Positions 1 through 10,089 of a stretch of 36,589 nt of DNA are shown here, piece by piece. The notes beneath the pieces were generated by a model. The model was given only the letters and a program-made list of their open reading frames with translations, did not search any database and had not been told where the DNA came from. Numbering within the stretch: the stretch's first letter is position 1; the number at the start of each line of letters is the position of its first letter. A program made the translations under genes and the position numbers. The DNA lies in assembly GCA_021824055.1 (NCBI GenBank), contig JAKALV010000001.1, positions 1 through 36,589 of the forward strand. The letters are read 5' to 3'. Origin of the DNA: Acidobacteriota bacterium (GTDB lineage Bacteria > Acidobacteriota > Vicinamibacteria > Vicinamibacterales > SCN-69-37).

Positions 1-645
1 CGTGCCGTACTCCGCGATGTCCATTTCATGCGTGATGACCATGACCGTGATGCCGCGTTCCTTGTTCAGCCGCTGGAAGATGCCCATGACCTCGATGCTG
101 GTGCGCGTGTCGAGGTTGCCCGTCGGCTCGTCGGCGAGCAGGATCGAAGGTTCGTTGATCAGCGCCCGCGCGATGGCCACTCGCTGCTGCTGGCCGCCCG
201 AGAGCTGGTTGGGCAGATGGTGATGGCGCGAGCCCAGCCCGACCGCATCCAGCACGTCGATGGCTTTCTTGTGCCGGGCGGCCGCTTTCATGCCGTTCGA
301 GTTGTACAGCAGCGGCAGTTCCACGTTGTCGAGTGCCGTCGTGCGCTTCAGAAGATTGAACCCCTGAAACACGAACCCGATCTTGCGGTTGCGCACGAGC
401 GCGAGCGCGTCCTTGGATTCGGTCGCCACGTTCTTGCCGTCGAGGAAATACTCGCCGCTTGTCGGCTTGTCGAGGCAACCAATGATGTGCATGAACGTCG
501 ACTTGCCGGAGCCCGACGGCCCCGTGACGCTCACGAACTCCCCCGGCTGCACGTCAAACGACACCCCGCGGAGGGCGCGCACTTCGACCTCCCCAAGGGT
601 GTAGACCTTGGTCAGGTTCCGGACCGAAATGACCGGTTGCGCCAT
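1..645 (-). CDS. ABC transporter ATP-binding protein, MacB/LolD-like; partial, C-terminus lies beyond the window start
   Basis: Not in the ORF track because it runs off the edge. Hand translation of the minus strand from ATG at 645..643 gives [56 protein letters not shown]... It carries Walker [10 protein letters not shown], signature [15 protein letters not shown], Walker [13 protein letters not shown] and H-loop VITHE. The start lies 2 nt after the stop of the upstream adaptor gene. Confidence 0.85.
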   Translation of the reverse strand, partial: MAQPVISVRNLTKVYTLGEVEVRALRGVSFDVQPGEFVSVTGPSGSGKSTFMHIIGCLDKPTSGEYFLDGKNVATESKDALALVRNRKIGFVFQGFNLLKRTTALDNVELPLLYNSNGMKAAARHKKAIDVLDAVGLGSRHHHLPNQLSGGQQQRVAIARALINEPSILLADEPTGNLDTRTSIEVMGIFQRLNKERGITVMVITHEMDIAEYGT

Positions 646-647
646 GA

Positions 648-2291
648 CTAGAGTCCGCCGCGGCCGCCCGGACCACGGCCCCGCTGCGGTTGCTGAAACG
701 GATTGCCCTGCTGGGGCGGCACGATGGTCGTGGTGGCGCCCGGAATGATGAAGTTCGTGACGACCTTGTCCCCCTCCTTGAGATCCCCCGTGACCAACTC
801 GGTGAACTGGCCGTCGCTGATTCCGGTGCGAAGCCCGTTGACCGCCTTCAGCTGGTTGTTCACGAACATCCACACGCGCTGGTTCGGCGTCTCGCGCCGG
901 ACCACTGGAGGGAGGAGGTCGTCGATCGTGCTGGCGCCGCGCTGCGTGATGGCCGTTGTGGGACCCTGGTTGGACTGACGTCCGCCGCCTTGACCGCGCA
1001 CGCCGCCGCTTGCGCCGAAGATCTTCGCCATTTCGGCGCGTCGCGCTTCCTGCGTGAGGTTCTGGTTGTTCCGGATGGCGTCAAGCTGCTTCTGCTGTTC
1101 CGGCGTCATGTTGAAGCCGCCGCGCCCACCGCGTCCGCCACCGGTGCCGCCACCGAACGGATTGGCGCCACCACGGCCGCCCTCGCTGGCACTGGCCGCC
1201 GCGCCCGGCGCACGCGCGGCCACCGTCGGGCCCGCATCCGCGGACATGTTGCGCCCACCCGCCATGCCGTTGCCGCCGCGACCGAAGCCCGGCTGCGCTT
1301 CCGGAGGAACCGGCTGCTTCAGCAGCTCAAACATCTCGGCCGTCGGGCGGAACCGCAGCGCCGCCGCCGGCACCCGCAGCGCGTCGTCGACGCGCTGGAT
1401 CTCGATCGTCAGGTTCGCCGTCATGCCCGGTTTCAGCCGGAGATCGTTGTTCTGCACGTCGATCACCGTTTCGTAGGTCACGACGTTCTGAGAGTTCTTG
1501 GCGTTGAGCCGCACCTGCTTGACCCTGCCGCGGAATGTCGAGCCACCGTACGCGTCCACCGTAAAGGTGACCGGCTGACCCTGGCGAACCCGGCTGACGT
1601 CCGCCTCGTCGATGCTCGCCGTCAGCTTCATCGTCGTCAGGTCGGTGGCCATGGTGTAGAGCGTGGGCGCGGAGTTGGTCGCGTTGACGGTCTGGCCCAC
1701 GTCGGCCGCGCGGTTCGTGATGACGCCGTCGATCGGCGCGTAGATCTTCGTGTAGCCGAGGTTCAACTTGGCCGTGTTGAGGTTGGCCTGGGTCTGGACC
1801 AGCGAGGCTTTTGAGGAATTGATCGACGCCTCGTCCATCTTGACCGCGAGCTGCGCCGCCTCAAGCTGTTCCTTTGTGACCAGGTTCTTGTTGAAGAGCT
1901 CCTGCTGACGAGCCAGCTTGGCCTTGTCGTTCTCCCAGGTGATGTTCCGCTGTTCCAGATCGACCTGCGAGCGCTGCAGGTTGGCTTCCTGCACGTCGAC
2001 CTGCGTCTGCAGGATCTGCGGGTCGAGCTCCGCGATCAGCTGGCCTTGCTTCACGATCGAGTTGAAGTCCACGTTGAGCGCGCGGACGACGCCGGAGACC
2101 TGCGTGCCGATCTGCACCGTGCGGAGCGCGTCGAGCGTGCCGGTGGCCTTGACGGTCTCGGCGATCGAACCGCGCTGGATGGCCGACTCGGTGACCTGCG
2201 GCTTCACTTCGGGCGTGCCGTACTTGTAGTACCACCAGCCCCCAGCGCCAAGGATTCCGAGAACGACGATGAGCGAAATCAGCTTCTTCAT
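648..2291 (-). CDS. HlyD/MacA-family periplasmic efflux adaptor with a long Gly/Arg-rich insertion
   Basis: 547-aa ORF. N-terminal TM anchor MKKLISLIVVLGILGAGGWW. Lipoyl/coiled-coil region (QANLNTAKLNLGYTKIYAPIDGVI) and beta-barrel region (VTFTVDAYGGSTFRGRVKQV) typical of MacA-like adaptors. It sits directly upstream of the MacB-like ATPase. About 150 extra residues (aa ~316-466) are rich in RGG/GGR. Confidence 0.85.
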   Translation of the reverse strand: MKKLISLIVVLGILGAGGWWYYKYGTPEVKPQVTESAIQRGSIAETVKATGTLDALRTVQIGTQVSGVVRALNVDFNSIVKQGQLIAELDPQILQTQVDVQEANLQRSQVDLEQRNITWENDKAKLARQQELFNKNLVTKEQLEAAQLAVKMDEASINSSKASLVQTQANLNTAKLNLGYTKIYAPIDGVITNRAADVGQTVNATNSAPTLYTMATDLTTMKLTASIDEADVSRVRQGQPVTFTVDAYGGSTFRGRVKQVRLNAKNSQNVVTYETVIDVQNNDLRLKPGMTANLTIEIQRVDDALRVPAAALRFRPTAEMFELLKQPVPPEAQPGFGRGGNGMAGGRNMSADAGPTVAARAPGAAASASEGGRGGANPFGGGTGGGRGGRGGFNMTPEQQKQLDAIRNNQNLTQEARRAEMAKIFGASGGVRGQGGGRQSNQGPTTAITQRGASTIDDLLPPVVRRETPNQRVWMFVNNQLKAVNGLRTGISDGQFTELVTGDLKEGDKVVTNFIIPGATTTIVPPQQGNPFQQPQRGRGPGGRGGL

Positions 2292-2296
2292 AAGGG

Positions 2297-5200
2297 TTAC
2301 GCCCGCTCCGGGTTGCTGGTCGACGAACGACGGCGCCAGTGTGTGAGGCCTTCTTCAAAAACCGTGTAGACACTCGGCACCAGCACAAGCGTCACCATCG
2401 TCGAGGCGGCCAGTCCGCCGATCACCACGCGCGCCAGCGGCGCCTGCAGCTCCGCGCCTTCGCCGATGCCCAGCGACATCGGGACCAGGCCCAGGATCGT
2501 GCACAGGGTGGTCATCAGGATCGGGCGCAGCCGGGTGCGCCCGGCCAGTTCCACGGCCTCCCGCACGCCCAAGCCATCCCGCCGCCGGAGGACGTTCGTG
2601 TAGTCCACCAGCAGGATCGCGTTGCTGACCACAATGCCCGCCAGCATGATCACGCCGATATACGCCTGAAGGCTGAAGGACGTTGACGTCAATTTGAGGG
2701 CGGCCACCACGCCAATGGCGGCGACGGGCACCGAAAACATGACGATAAAGGGGTCCCGGAGCGATTCGTACTGCGAGGCCATGACCGCGTAGACCAGCAG
2801 GACGCCCAGCAGCAGCAGGACCTTGAGCTGCGCGAAGGCCTGACCCTGCTGCTCAACCTCGGACCCGAAGCCCACCGAAAACCCGTCGGGGACTGAGACC
2901 TGGGGGAGGCGCGCGATCGTGTTCTTGACGGCGTCGGAGAGCACCGTGCCCGCTTCCACCTCGGCGTTCACGCGGGTCAGACGCTGCTGATTCTTCCGCT
3001 CGATCTGCGTGGGCCCAGTCTGCGATCGAAGGTCCAGCAGGTTCTTGGCCTGCAGCACCAGGCCGCCCGGGGTCGATACGAGCACGTCGTTGACCGAGTC
3101 CAGCGTGTCGCGATCCTCGGCCCGCAGGCGCACGATGATGGGGTACTCGCGGCCCTTTTCGCGGAACTGCGCCGCCGTGGTGCCGCCGATGTTTGTCCGA
3201 ATGGTGTTGGCCACCGTGGACACCGACATCCCCAGCAGCGCCGCCTTGGGGCGGTCGACGCGAATCGCCAGTTCGGGTCGGCCCTCTTCGCGGCCCAGCT
3301 GTGGGTTGGCGATACCCGGCGTCTGCTTCAGCACCGCCAGCACGTCCTGCGAAATTCGCTTGGCTTCGGTCAAATCCTCACCACGTACTTCGACCGCCAA
3401 ACGGCTGTCGCTATTCCCGCCGCCGAGCAAGCGGTTGATCTGCTGGTTGCCGCCGGACGTCCGCGTCGTGATGACCGCGCCGGCGAGGCCGACCAGCTGT
3501 CGGCGCAGGTCGGTGGCGATCTGGTCATTGCTGCGGGCGCGCTCGGTGCGGGGCACGAGCTTGATCTGCAGGTTGCCGGACGAGCCCGAGCCGCCCATCC
3601 CGCCGGCGCCGCCGGACGCGATGATCGTCGTGACCTCTGGCGTGTTGGCGCGGACCATGTCCTCGAGCCGCCGTGTCATCTCCTCCGTGCGCTCGACGCG
3701 TGTGCCGACAGGCAGGCGGGCGCTGACGGTCACCTCGCCCTCATCGGTTTGCGGGACGAGCTCGGAAGGAATCGTGGGGAGCAGGAGGAACGCGATCGTC
3801 GTCAGCAGCGCGGCGCCGCCGATGACGGTCGGCCGATGCCGGAGCGCCAGGCTGATCAAGCGGCGATACCCGTCGTCCATGGCGTCGAAGCCGCGTTCCG
3901 TGATCGTAAACAGACGGCCGAAGAGCCCCGTCCGCGCCTCGACGGGCGGCGGCAGTTTCAGCAGGCGCGAGCAGAGAACCGGCACGACCGTCACCGCGAC
4001 GAACAGCGACATCGACAGCGAGAACATGACGACGACCGACAGCTGCACGAAGATGATGCTCGATACGCCGCTCAGGAACAGCAGCGGCACGAAGACCGCG
4101 ATGTGCGTCAGCGTTGACGCCAGGATGGCCGACCAGACTTCTTCCGATCCGTCGATGGCGGCCTGCATCCGCGTCTTGCCATGCTCCATGTGGCGGAAGG
4201 TGTTTTCCAGCACGACGATCGAGGCATCCACGATCATGCCGATGCCGAGCGCCAGCCCGCCGAAGGTCATCGTGTTCAGCGTGAAGCCGGCGAAGTAGAG
4301 CAGGGCGAACGTGCCGATGACGGAAATGGGAATCGACGTGCAGATGATCAGCGTGGACCGGATGTTGCGCAGGAAGATGAAGATGATGAGCACGACGAGC
4401 AGGCCGCCGAACCACGCGGCCTCCTGCACGGCCGCGATCGAACGATGGATGTACACCGACGTGTCGTCGATCAGCGTGAGGTGCACGCTCGGCACCTCGC
4501 GGTTGGTGCGCTCCACTTCCCGGCGCACGCCCTCGGCGATCGCCACCGTGTTCTTGCCCGACTGCTTGCTGACGCGCATGCGCACGCCCGGCTTGCCGTT
4601 GATGCGCAGGAATGACCGCAGGTCTTCGGTCGCGTCCTTCACGTCCGCGATGTCGCGCAGATAGATCGGCACGCCCGCCTTGGTCAGGACGACGAGATCG
4701 CGGATCTGATCGATGTTCTGAAACTCGCCCTGGCTGCGCAGCAGGAAATTCGTGTCGCCCTCGATGATTTCGCCGAGCGGCACGTTCTGGTTTTCCGACC
4801 GGATGATGTTGACGATCCGATCCACCGACAGGTCGAGCGCCGTGATCTTTTCCTTCGACAGCTCCACGCGGACCTGCCGGCGCAGCCCGCCGTCGACCGT
4901 GACGGCCGCCACGCCCTCCACTTTCTCGAGGCGGCGGGCCAGATCGTTCTCCGCGAGTTCTCGCAGCGCGACACGGTCATAGTCGCCCTCCACGCCCACC
5001 GTCATGATCGGCTGCGCCGACGCGTCGTACTTGAAGATGCTGGGCGGGTCCGCTTCGAGCGGCAGCCGGCCGCGCACGCGATCCATGCGCGTGCGCACTT
5101 CGTCGGCGGCGTCGTTGAGGTCCACGCCCCACGCAAAATTCAGGCGCACCGTACCCGAACCCTCCGCGGCCGTTGAATTGAGCTGATCGAGTCCCGGGAC

Positions 5201-5419
5201 GGCCGCGAGACTCTGCTCGAGCGGGCGCACGATGAGCTGTTCAATTTCCTGCGGCCCCACGCCGGCGTACCCGACGCGCACGGTGATGCTCGGGTAGGTG
5301 ACGTCCGGCATGAGGTCGACGGGCAGCCGCGACAGTGAGATGCTCCCAAGCAGCACGACGACCGCCGAGATCATGAACATCGTGACCGGACGGTGGATGG
5401 CGAGGCGCGGGATGCTCAT
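2297..5419 (-). CDS. RND efflux transporter permease (AcrB/CzcA superfamily)
   Basis: 1040-aa ORF starting [25 protein letters not shown]. Has a conserved TM4-type motif [19 protein letters not shown]. Twelve-TM architecture with two large periplasmic loops. Flanked by adaptor and OMF genes. Confidence 0.95.
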   Translation of the reverse strand: MSIPRLAIHRPVTMFMISAVVVLLGSISLSRLPVDLMPDVTYPSITVRVGYAGVGPQEIEQLIVRPLEQSLAAVPGLDQLNSTAAEGSGTVRLNFAWGVDLNDAADEVRTRMDRVRGRLPLEADPPSIFKYDASAQPIMTVGVEGDYDRVALRELAENDLARRLEKVEGVAAVTVDGGLRRQVRVELSKEKITALDLSVDRIVNIIRSENQNVPLGEIIEGDTNFLLRSQGEFQNIDQIRDLVVLTKAGVPIYLRDIADVKDATEDLRSFLRINGKPGVRMRVSKQSGKNTVAIAEGVRREVERTNREVPSVHLTLIDDTSVYIHRSIAAVQEAAWFGGLLVVLIIFIFLRNIRSTLIICTSIPISVIGTFALLYFAGFTLNTMTFGGLALGIGMIVDASIVVLENTFRHMEHGKTRMQAAIDGSEEVWSAILASTLTHIAVFVPLLFLSGVSSIIFVQLSVVVMFSLSMSLFVAVTVVPVLCSRLLKLPPPVEARTGLFGRLFTITERGFDAMDDGYRRLISLALRHRPTVIGGAALLTTIAFLLLPTIPSELVPQTDEGEVTVSARLPVGTRVERTEEMTRRLEDMVRANTPEVTTIIASGGAGGMGGSGSSGNLQIKLVPRTERARSNDQIATDLRRQLVGLAGAVITTRTSGGNQQINRLLGGGNSDSRLAVEVRGEDLTEAKRISQDVLAVLKQTPGIANPQLGREEGRPELAIRVDRPKAALLGMSVSTVANTIRTNIGGTTAAQFREKGREYPIIVRLRAEDRDTLDSVNDVLVSTPGGLVLQAKNLLDLRSQTGPTQIERKNQQRLTRVNAEVEAGTVLSDAVKNTIARLPQVSVPDGFSVGFGSEVEQQGQAFAQLKVLLLLGVLLVYAVMASQYESLRDPFIVMFSVPVAAIGVVAALKLTSTSFSLQAYIGVIMLAGIVVSNAILLVDYTNVLRRRDGLGVREAVELAGRTRLRPILMTTLCTILGLVPMSLGIGEGAELQAPLARVVIGGLAASTMVTLVLVPSVYTVFEEGLTHWRRRSSTSNPERA

Positions 5420-5449
5420 GAGGGGGTCCTGGTCACGACAGCTGGACGC

Positions 5450-6694
5450 TTACTTTCTGCCGTCCGGCGGCACCGGCCGGCCGGCGCCGCTTCCGCCCGC
5501 GCCGCCGCCACGGCGCCCGCCCACCAACTGCACGCGGTCGCCCGAACGCAGCGCCATGGCCCCGGTCGTGATCACGCGCTGGCCGTCGTTCAGGCCTTCG
5601 AGCACCTCCACGCGGATCGCGTCCTGCAGCCCGGTACGAATCGGCGTGAAGCGCGCGAGGTTCCCGTCGTCGATCAGAAACACGCCGCGCTGGCCGTCCC
5701 TGTCCACCACGGCGCCGCGCGGCACCGTCAGCGCGTCGGGCCGCCGGTCCACGGTCAGCTGTACCCGCGCGTACATGCCGGGCTTCAAGCGGTAGCCCGG
5801 GTTGGGCACCTCAATTTCCATGGTCGCGGTTCGCGTGGCGGCATCGAACACCGGCGCCACGCGGCTGACCTTGCCGCTGAACGTTTCGCCGGGGAACGCA
5901 TCCACCTCGACCTGCGCCTCGACGCCCGCCTGCACGCGCCGGAAGTCCTTCTCCACGAGATTGGCCACCAGCCGAACACTGCTGATGTCGACGACGGAGA
6001 CCACGGCGGTGTTGGCGCCGGCAAACGCGCCCGGATCCAGATTGCGCTTGCCCACGAAGCCGTCGACGGGAGACAGGATGGACGTGTTGGCGAGCGTCAC
6101 CTTCAGCTCATCGATGCGCGCCTGCGCCTGCATCATCGACGCTTTCGCCACATCCACCTGCGCCACGGAAGCGTTGTAGCGCGCCTCGGCGTCTTCCAGC
6201 GTCTGTTTGGTCTGCAGCTGCCTGTCGTACAGATTCTTCTGGCGCTCCCAGGTGGTCTGCGCGGCTTTCATGTCGAACTCGCGCTGGCGGGCGGTGGCCC
6301 GGGCGAGCTCGAAACTGGCCTCGGCCTGCTTGACCTGCTCCTTGATGTCGGTATTTTCCATCTTCGCGATGAGCTGGCCCTTGGTCACGCGGTCACCGAG
6401 CCGTACGTGAATCACTTCAATGCGGCCGTTCACGCGGGGCGCGACGTCAACAGTGACCTCGCCGATCAGATTGCCCACCACGGTGACGTAGTCGATGATT
6501 TCCTGGCGGGACGCCTGTGCGGTGTCGACCGTCATCGGCGCGGCGCCTCGGCCGCCCGTCGCCGGCGCGGCCGCGCCGCTCCTGGCGATCGTGGTCGTCG
6601 TCGCAGCGCCGGAACCGGCGCCCGTCTTCAGATAGAAATACGTGCCGGCGGCCGCAGCCGCCAGCACCAGGACCGCGACGACGGTTCTCTTCAT
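5450..6694 (-). CDS. RND efflux periplasmic adaptor (membrane fusion protein)
   Basis: 414-aa ORF with signal/anchor MKRTVVAVLVLAAAAAGTYF. Has a coiled-coil hairpin and the SILSPVDGFVGKRNLDPGA lipoyl motif. Its ATG directly abuts the TAA of the upstream OMF gene (TAAATG at 6692..6697). Gly/Arg-rich C-terminal tail GGRRGGGAGGSGAGRP. Confidence 0.9.
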   Translation of the reverse strand: MKRTVVAVLVLAAAAAGTYFYLKTGAGSGAATTTTIARSGAAAPATGGRGAAPMTVDTAQASRQEIIDYVTVVGNLIGEVTVDVAPRVNGRIEVIHVRLGDRVTKGQLIAKMENTDIKEQVKQAEASFELARATARQREFDMKAAQTTWERQKNLYDRQLQTKQTLEDAEARYNASVAQVDVAKASMMQAQARIDELKVTLANTSILSPVDGFVGKRNLDPGAFAGANTAVVSVVDISSVRLVANLVEKDFRRVQAGVEAQVEVDAFPGETFSGKVSRVAPVFDAATRTATMEIEVPNPGYRLKPGMYARVQLTVDRRPDALTVPRGAVVDRDGQRGVFLIDDGNLARFTPIRTGLQDAIRVEVLEGLNDGQRVITTGAMALRSGDRVQLVGGRRGGGAGGSGAGRPVPPDGRK

Positions 6695-8284
6695 TTACCG
6701 TCCGACGTTCTGCACGCGCTCGAATTCGATGAGCGCTTTGACGTACGTCAGGATCGCACGCAGTTCCGCCAGTCGCGCCGTGGTGAGCGCCTGCTGCTGC
6801 TGAACCACCGTGAAGTTCGTCGACATCCCGACATCGAACTTGGTCTGCTCCGCCTCGGCCTGCCGCTCGGCCAGTTCCCGCGCTTTCTGCGAGGCCGCCA
6901 GGCTCTTGTACGCGTTCTGGACCGACAGTCCGGCGTTGGTGACATCGGTGGTGACCGTCAGTTCCGTGGACTTGAGCTGCGTCTTCGACTGTTCAAGCGA
7001 CAGCCGCGTGCGCGCCAGGTTGGCCCGCGCGGCCACTTGGCCGATCGGGTACGTGAAGTTCATCTGCACGGTCCAGGTCGGCTGATGGTACGCGCCGGTG
7101 ACCGAGTCGAAGTAGCCGGTCGTCGTCAGCAGGCCGGCGACCTTCTGCTGGCCCGCGGCGCCCTGGATTCGATACGTCCCCGTGAGGCCGAGATCCGGCA
7201 GAACCTGGTTCTTCAGCAGCTCGATGTTCAGCGCGTTGGATTCGAGCGTCTTCCGGGCCTGCACCAGGTCCGTTCGCTGATCCAGCGCCGTCTTGACCGC
7301 CGCGTCGATGTCGACGTTGGTCTGCGCCACGGAGGGCAGATCCGTGGGGTTGACGGTCGCCTTGAAGATGTCATCGTCCGTGCCGCCGGCGATCAGCTTC
7401 TTGAAGTTCATTTCGGCGGTGCGCCAGGTTGACTCCGCGTTCACCAGGCTCAGTTCGGCGTTGGCCTGCTGCGACTCGGCGGTGATGACGTCGATCTGCG
7501 CCATCGTGCCGATCTCGACCTTGGTCCGGTTCTGTTCGACCAGGGTCGTGGCCAGGGCCAGCGCGCGGCGCTGGATTTCGATGTTCTCGATCGCGGACCG
7601 CAGATCCCAGTAGGCGTTACGAACGGCCGCGATGGTGTTGGCGATCGACGTCTTCAGCTGGATGTCGTTGATGTCGCGCGTGATCTGCTGCGTCAGCAGC
7701 GTCGTGCGCGTGCTGTCGGTCTTGAAGTTGCGCAGGAGCGGCTGCGTCGCCTGGAAGCTCATCGTCGTCGTGTAGCCGAGCGGGCGCACGGTGTTGGTCT
7801 GCGTGGTCGTGCTGCGGTTCGTGCTGAAGGAGGCCGTGTAGCCGAGCCCGTGGAACGGCGTCGCCTGCGAGAGGCTCGTGTTGCCCGACAGCGTCTTCGA
7901 CGAGAAGTACAGGCTCGACCCGTCGGCGGTGGAGTTCGCGAGCGACGTCGCGTTGTTGAACTGTGTCGTCTCGCTGAGCGTGGGCATGTACGCGGCCCGC
8001 GTCTGCCGGATCGAGTAGTCGGTCAACTGAGGGTTATAGCGCTGCACCTTCAGATCGATGTTGCGGTCGAGCGCCCGCTGAATCGCGTCATCGAGCGTCA
8101 GGTTCATCAACACCTGTCCCGGCACATCCGGCGGCTTGGCTTGGCCGACCACGTAGCGATCCGGCGCCGCCTGCGGCGCGCGGGCCGCAGGCCCGACCGG
8201 CGTCTGCGCACTGGCAATCGCGGCCATGCCGGTCATGGCCACCATGAGCGCCCACACCTTAAGAGTCCTGTTCTGTTGAGTCAT
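6695..8284 (-). CDS. TolC-family outer membrane efflux protein
   Basis: The track ORF extends to 8329. I prefer ATG at 8284 (MTQQNRTLKVWALMVAMTGMAAIASAQ, a normal signal peptide) because it has GGAG about 11 nt upstream. Two repeat halves carry the typical TolC patterns (LTLDDAIQRALDRNIDLK ...; LDIDAAVKTALDQRTDL...). Confidence 0.88.
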   Translation of the reverse strand: MTQQNRTLKVWALMVAMTGMAAIASAQTPVGPAARAPQAAPDRYVVGQAKPPDVPGQVLMNLTLDDAIQRALDRNIDLKVQRYNPQLTDYSIRQTRAAYMPTLSETTQFNNATSLANSTADGSSLYFSSKTLSGNTSLSQATPFHGLGYTASFSTNRSTTTQTNTVRPLGYTTTMSFQATQPLLRNFKTDSTRTTLLTQQITRDINDIQLKTSIANTIAAVRNAYWDLRSAIENIEIQRRALALATTLVEQNRTKVEIGTMAQIDVITAESQQANAELSLVNAESTWRTAEMNFKKLIAGGTDDDIFKATVNPTDLPSVAQTNVDIDAAVKTALDQRTDLVQARKTLESNALNIELLKNQVLPDLGLTGTYRIQGAAGQQKVAGLLTTTGYFDSVTGAYHQPTWTVQMNFTYPIGQVAARANLARTRLSLEQSKTQLKSTELTVTTDVTNAGLSVQNAYKSLAASQKARELAERQAEAEQTKFDVGMSTNFTVVQQQQALTTARLAELRAILTYVKALIEFERVQNVGR

Positions 8285-8338
8285 CTGCAGTGTCACTCCG
8301 TCTGAGCTATCGGCCGAACGCCGACCCATGAGTTTACG

Positions 8339-8848
8339 TTAGGGACGCGCCCGCGGATCTTTGTGGTCCCGGTTCCGGATCTGTTCGAGCTTGGCGCGCT
8401 GTTCCGGCGTCAGCAGGCGGTGCATCCGATACAGCGTCATGATCCGGAGCTTGTTCCAGTTCGACCGCTGCGTTTCCACCTTGTCGATCTGGCGGGCGAT
8501 CACCCATTGCTCCACCTTGGATTCCGCAATCAGCCGGTCCAGCTCTTTCTCTTCGCGCGCCCGGGCGTCCCAATAACCGGCCAACTCGTCCTTGGCGGAG
8601 GTGTAGATCTGGTCCAGGGCCTTCGTCTGGTCGTCCGTGAGGCCCAGCTCCTTCCTGATGGCCTCATCGTTCCACCAGGGCTTGCGGTCGGCGGGGCGCT
8701 GCGGGTTTCCCGGCCTGGCTTGCGCGGGCGGGGCGGCTTGAACTCCGGCCTCGGTGGCGGGCACCGAGGCCTGCGCCACCAGGGCGTTGTTGGTGGTTCC
8801 CACCAGGAGGGCGAGGGCGGCTCCGACCCCCAATGTCTTGATAGTCAT
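8339..8848 (-). CDS. Spy/CpxP-family periplasmic LTxxQ-motif protein (chaperone / metal-stress type)
   Basis: The track ORF 8339..9073 overlaps ispH. I trimmed it to ATG 8848 (MTIKTLGVGAALALLVGTTNNALVAQA signal peptide). Two LTxxQ motifs are present: LGLTDDQTKALDQIY and LLTPEQRAKLEQI. Helical and charged, as in this family. Confidence 0.72.
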   Translation of the reverse strand: MTIKTLGVGAALALLVGTTNNALVAQASVPATEAGVQAAPPAQARPGNPQRPADRKPWWNDEAIRKELGLTDDQTKALDQIYTSAKDELAGYWDARAREEKELDRLIAESKVEQWVIARQIDKVETQRSNWNKLRIMTLYRMHRLLTPEQRAKLEQIRNRDHKDPRARP

Positions 8849-8865
8849 AGATTTTCCGGCGATCA

Positions 8866-8886
8866 CACCTGACTTACGATCAGGTG
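8866..8886 (-). other. Stem-loop between ispH stop and the Spy-like start
   Basis: CACCTGA (8866..8872) pairs with TCAGGTG (8880..8886), a perfect 7-bp stem. No U-tract follows on the minus strand, so it is not a canonical intrinsic terminator. It could be a processing or attenuating structure. Confidence 0.35.
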
Positions 8887-8897
8887 CAAGCTGGTGT

Positions 8898-10088
8898 TTA
8901 CTCCCTGGCCAATTCCTGAAGGCGGCGAATGGCCTGGCCCACGAGGTTGTTCGGCGTCGAGGCGCCCGCCGTGAGGCCCACGACGATGGCGCCGGCAGGC
9001 AGCCAGCCACGCGTGACGGCCTCGCGGGCTGGGGCCGTGGACGGCTGGCCGATCGGCCGATGCCGAATCTCAACAGCCGACACCAGGCAACTGGGGTCTG
9101 CGATGTGGAACGTCCGCACCTTTTCGGAGCAGATCCTGGCCAGATTGCAGGTATTGCTGCTGTTGTAGCCGCCGATGACGACCATCAGCTGCAGCGGCTC
9201 CTCGGCCAGCATTGTCAGCACCGCATCCTGACGTTCCTGCGTGGCGCTGCAAATGGTATCGAAAGTTCGGAAGCGGTCGGCCAGGCGGGCGTCTCCATGC
9301 CGGTCGCGCATCGCGGCGCGAAACAGCTCGCCAATCGCGAGTGACTCGGCCATCAGCATCGTGGTCTGGTTGGCGCAGCCGATCCGGTCGAGGTGCAGGT
9401 CGGGGTCGAAACCCGGCGAAATCGCCCCGGCGAACCGCGCGAGGAACGCGGCTCGGTCGCCGCCATGGCGAATGTAGTCGCAGGCGATCCGGGCTTCGGT
9501 CTCGTCGAGCACGACCAGAAAGTGGCCTCCGGGGAACTGCGTGGCCTGCGAGGCCGTGGCCCGGGTTTCCTCGTGCTTGACCTTGCCGTGGATGACCGAC
9601 GTGAACCCCTCCTGCGCGTAGCGGCGCACGTTCTTCCAGACGTTCAGCACCGACCCGCAGGTGGTATCGACCAGGGTGCACCCCCGGGCTTCGAGGGCGG
9701 CCAGCTCGCTGATCGACACGCCGAACGCCGGCAAGATGACGACGTCATTCGGACCGAGGGTTGAGGCATCGGCGCCCGGGTCGGTCAGGATTTCGATGCC
9801 CTGGGCGCGCAGCCGGTCGTTGACGTGGGGATTGTGAATGATCTCGCCCGTCAGGCACACGCGGCGATCGGGGAAGCGCTTGCGCGTCTGGTATGCGTAG
9901 TCGACGGCGCGATCCACGCCGTAACAGAACCCGAATTCGCGGGCGAGGTGGAGGGTGAGGCGGCCGCTCCGCTGCACGAATCCCGCGGCGCGGATTTCAT
10001 CGACGATGGCGCTGTCGTAGGAGGCGGCAAGTTCGGCCGCGACGGCCTCCTTCATGTTGAGGCCTTTGCGGAAGATCGATGACGACAC
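8898..10088 (-). CDS. ispH: 4-hydroxy-3-methylbut-2-enyl diphosphate reductase (IspH/LytB), long form with N-terminal extension
   Basis: 396 aa with a GTG start at 10088, 1 nt after the anti-sigma stop. Motifs REFGFCYGVDRAV, TCGSVLNVW and ICSATQERQ supply the three Fe-S cysteines. The N-terminal extension SIFRKGL... resembles cyanobacterial/plant-type IspH. Confidence 0.93.
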   Translation of the reverse strand: MSSSIFRKGLNMKEAVAAELAASYDSAIVDEIRAAGFVQRSGRLTLHLAREFGFCYGVDRAVDYAYQTRKRFPDRRVCLTGEIIHNPHVNDRLRAQGIEILTDPGADASTLGPNDVVILPAFGVSISELAALEARGCTLVDTTCGSVLNVWKNVRRYAQEGFTSVIHGKVKHEETRATASQATQFPGGHFLVVLDETEARIACDYIRHGGDRAAFLARFAGAISPGFDPDLHLDRIGCANQTTMLMAESLAIGELFRAAMRDRHGDARLADRFRTFDTICSATQERQDAVLTMLAEEPLQLMVVIGGYNSSNTCNLARICSEKVRTFHIADPSCLVSAVEIRHRPIGQPSTAPAREAVTRGWLPAGAIVVGLTAGASTPNNLVGQAIRRLQELARE

Positions 10089-10089
10089 T

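Noticed and set aside
5393-7432. 679-aa + strand ORF, and similar long ORFs at 690..1814 (+), 3009..4298 (+), 13211..14497 (-), 16366..17736 (-), 18976..21003 (+), 21037..23022 (-), 24971..26269 (+) and 29426..30802 (-)
   Set aside because: All are antisense to genes with clear family signatures (adaptor/TolC, RND, kinase, gatB, sigma module, rnr, groEL, UPF0104/nrdR). All show low-complexity Arg/Ala/Gly/His composition and lack motifs. They are treated as high-GC shadow ORFs.
8849-9073. N-terminal extensions of track ORFs into neighbouring genes: 8339..9073, 11386..12993, 23309..23884, 23529..23657, 26569..26598, 27287..27424, 29918..30469 and 30559..30924
   Set aside because: The extensions overlap well-supported adjacent genes or have noise-like Arg/Pro/Ser composition. 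In-frame internal starts give canonical N-termini (signal peptides, the TatA TM, the NrdR zinc ribbon, GroES MKVRPL). The track evidently reports the longest possible ORF.
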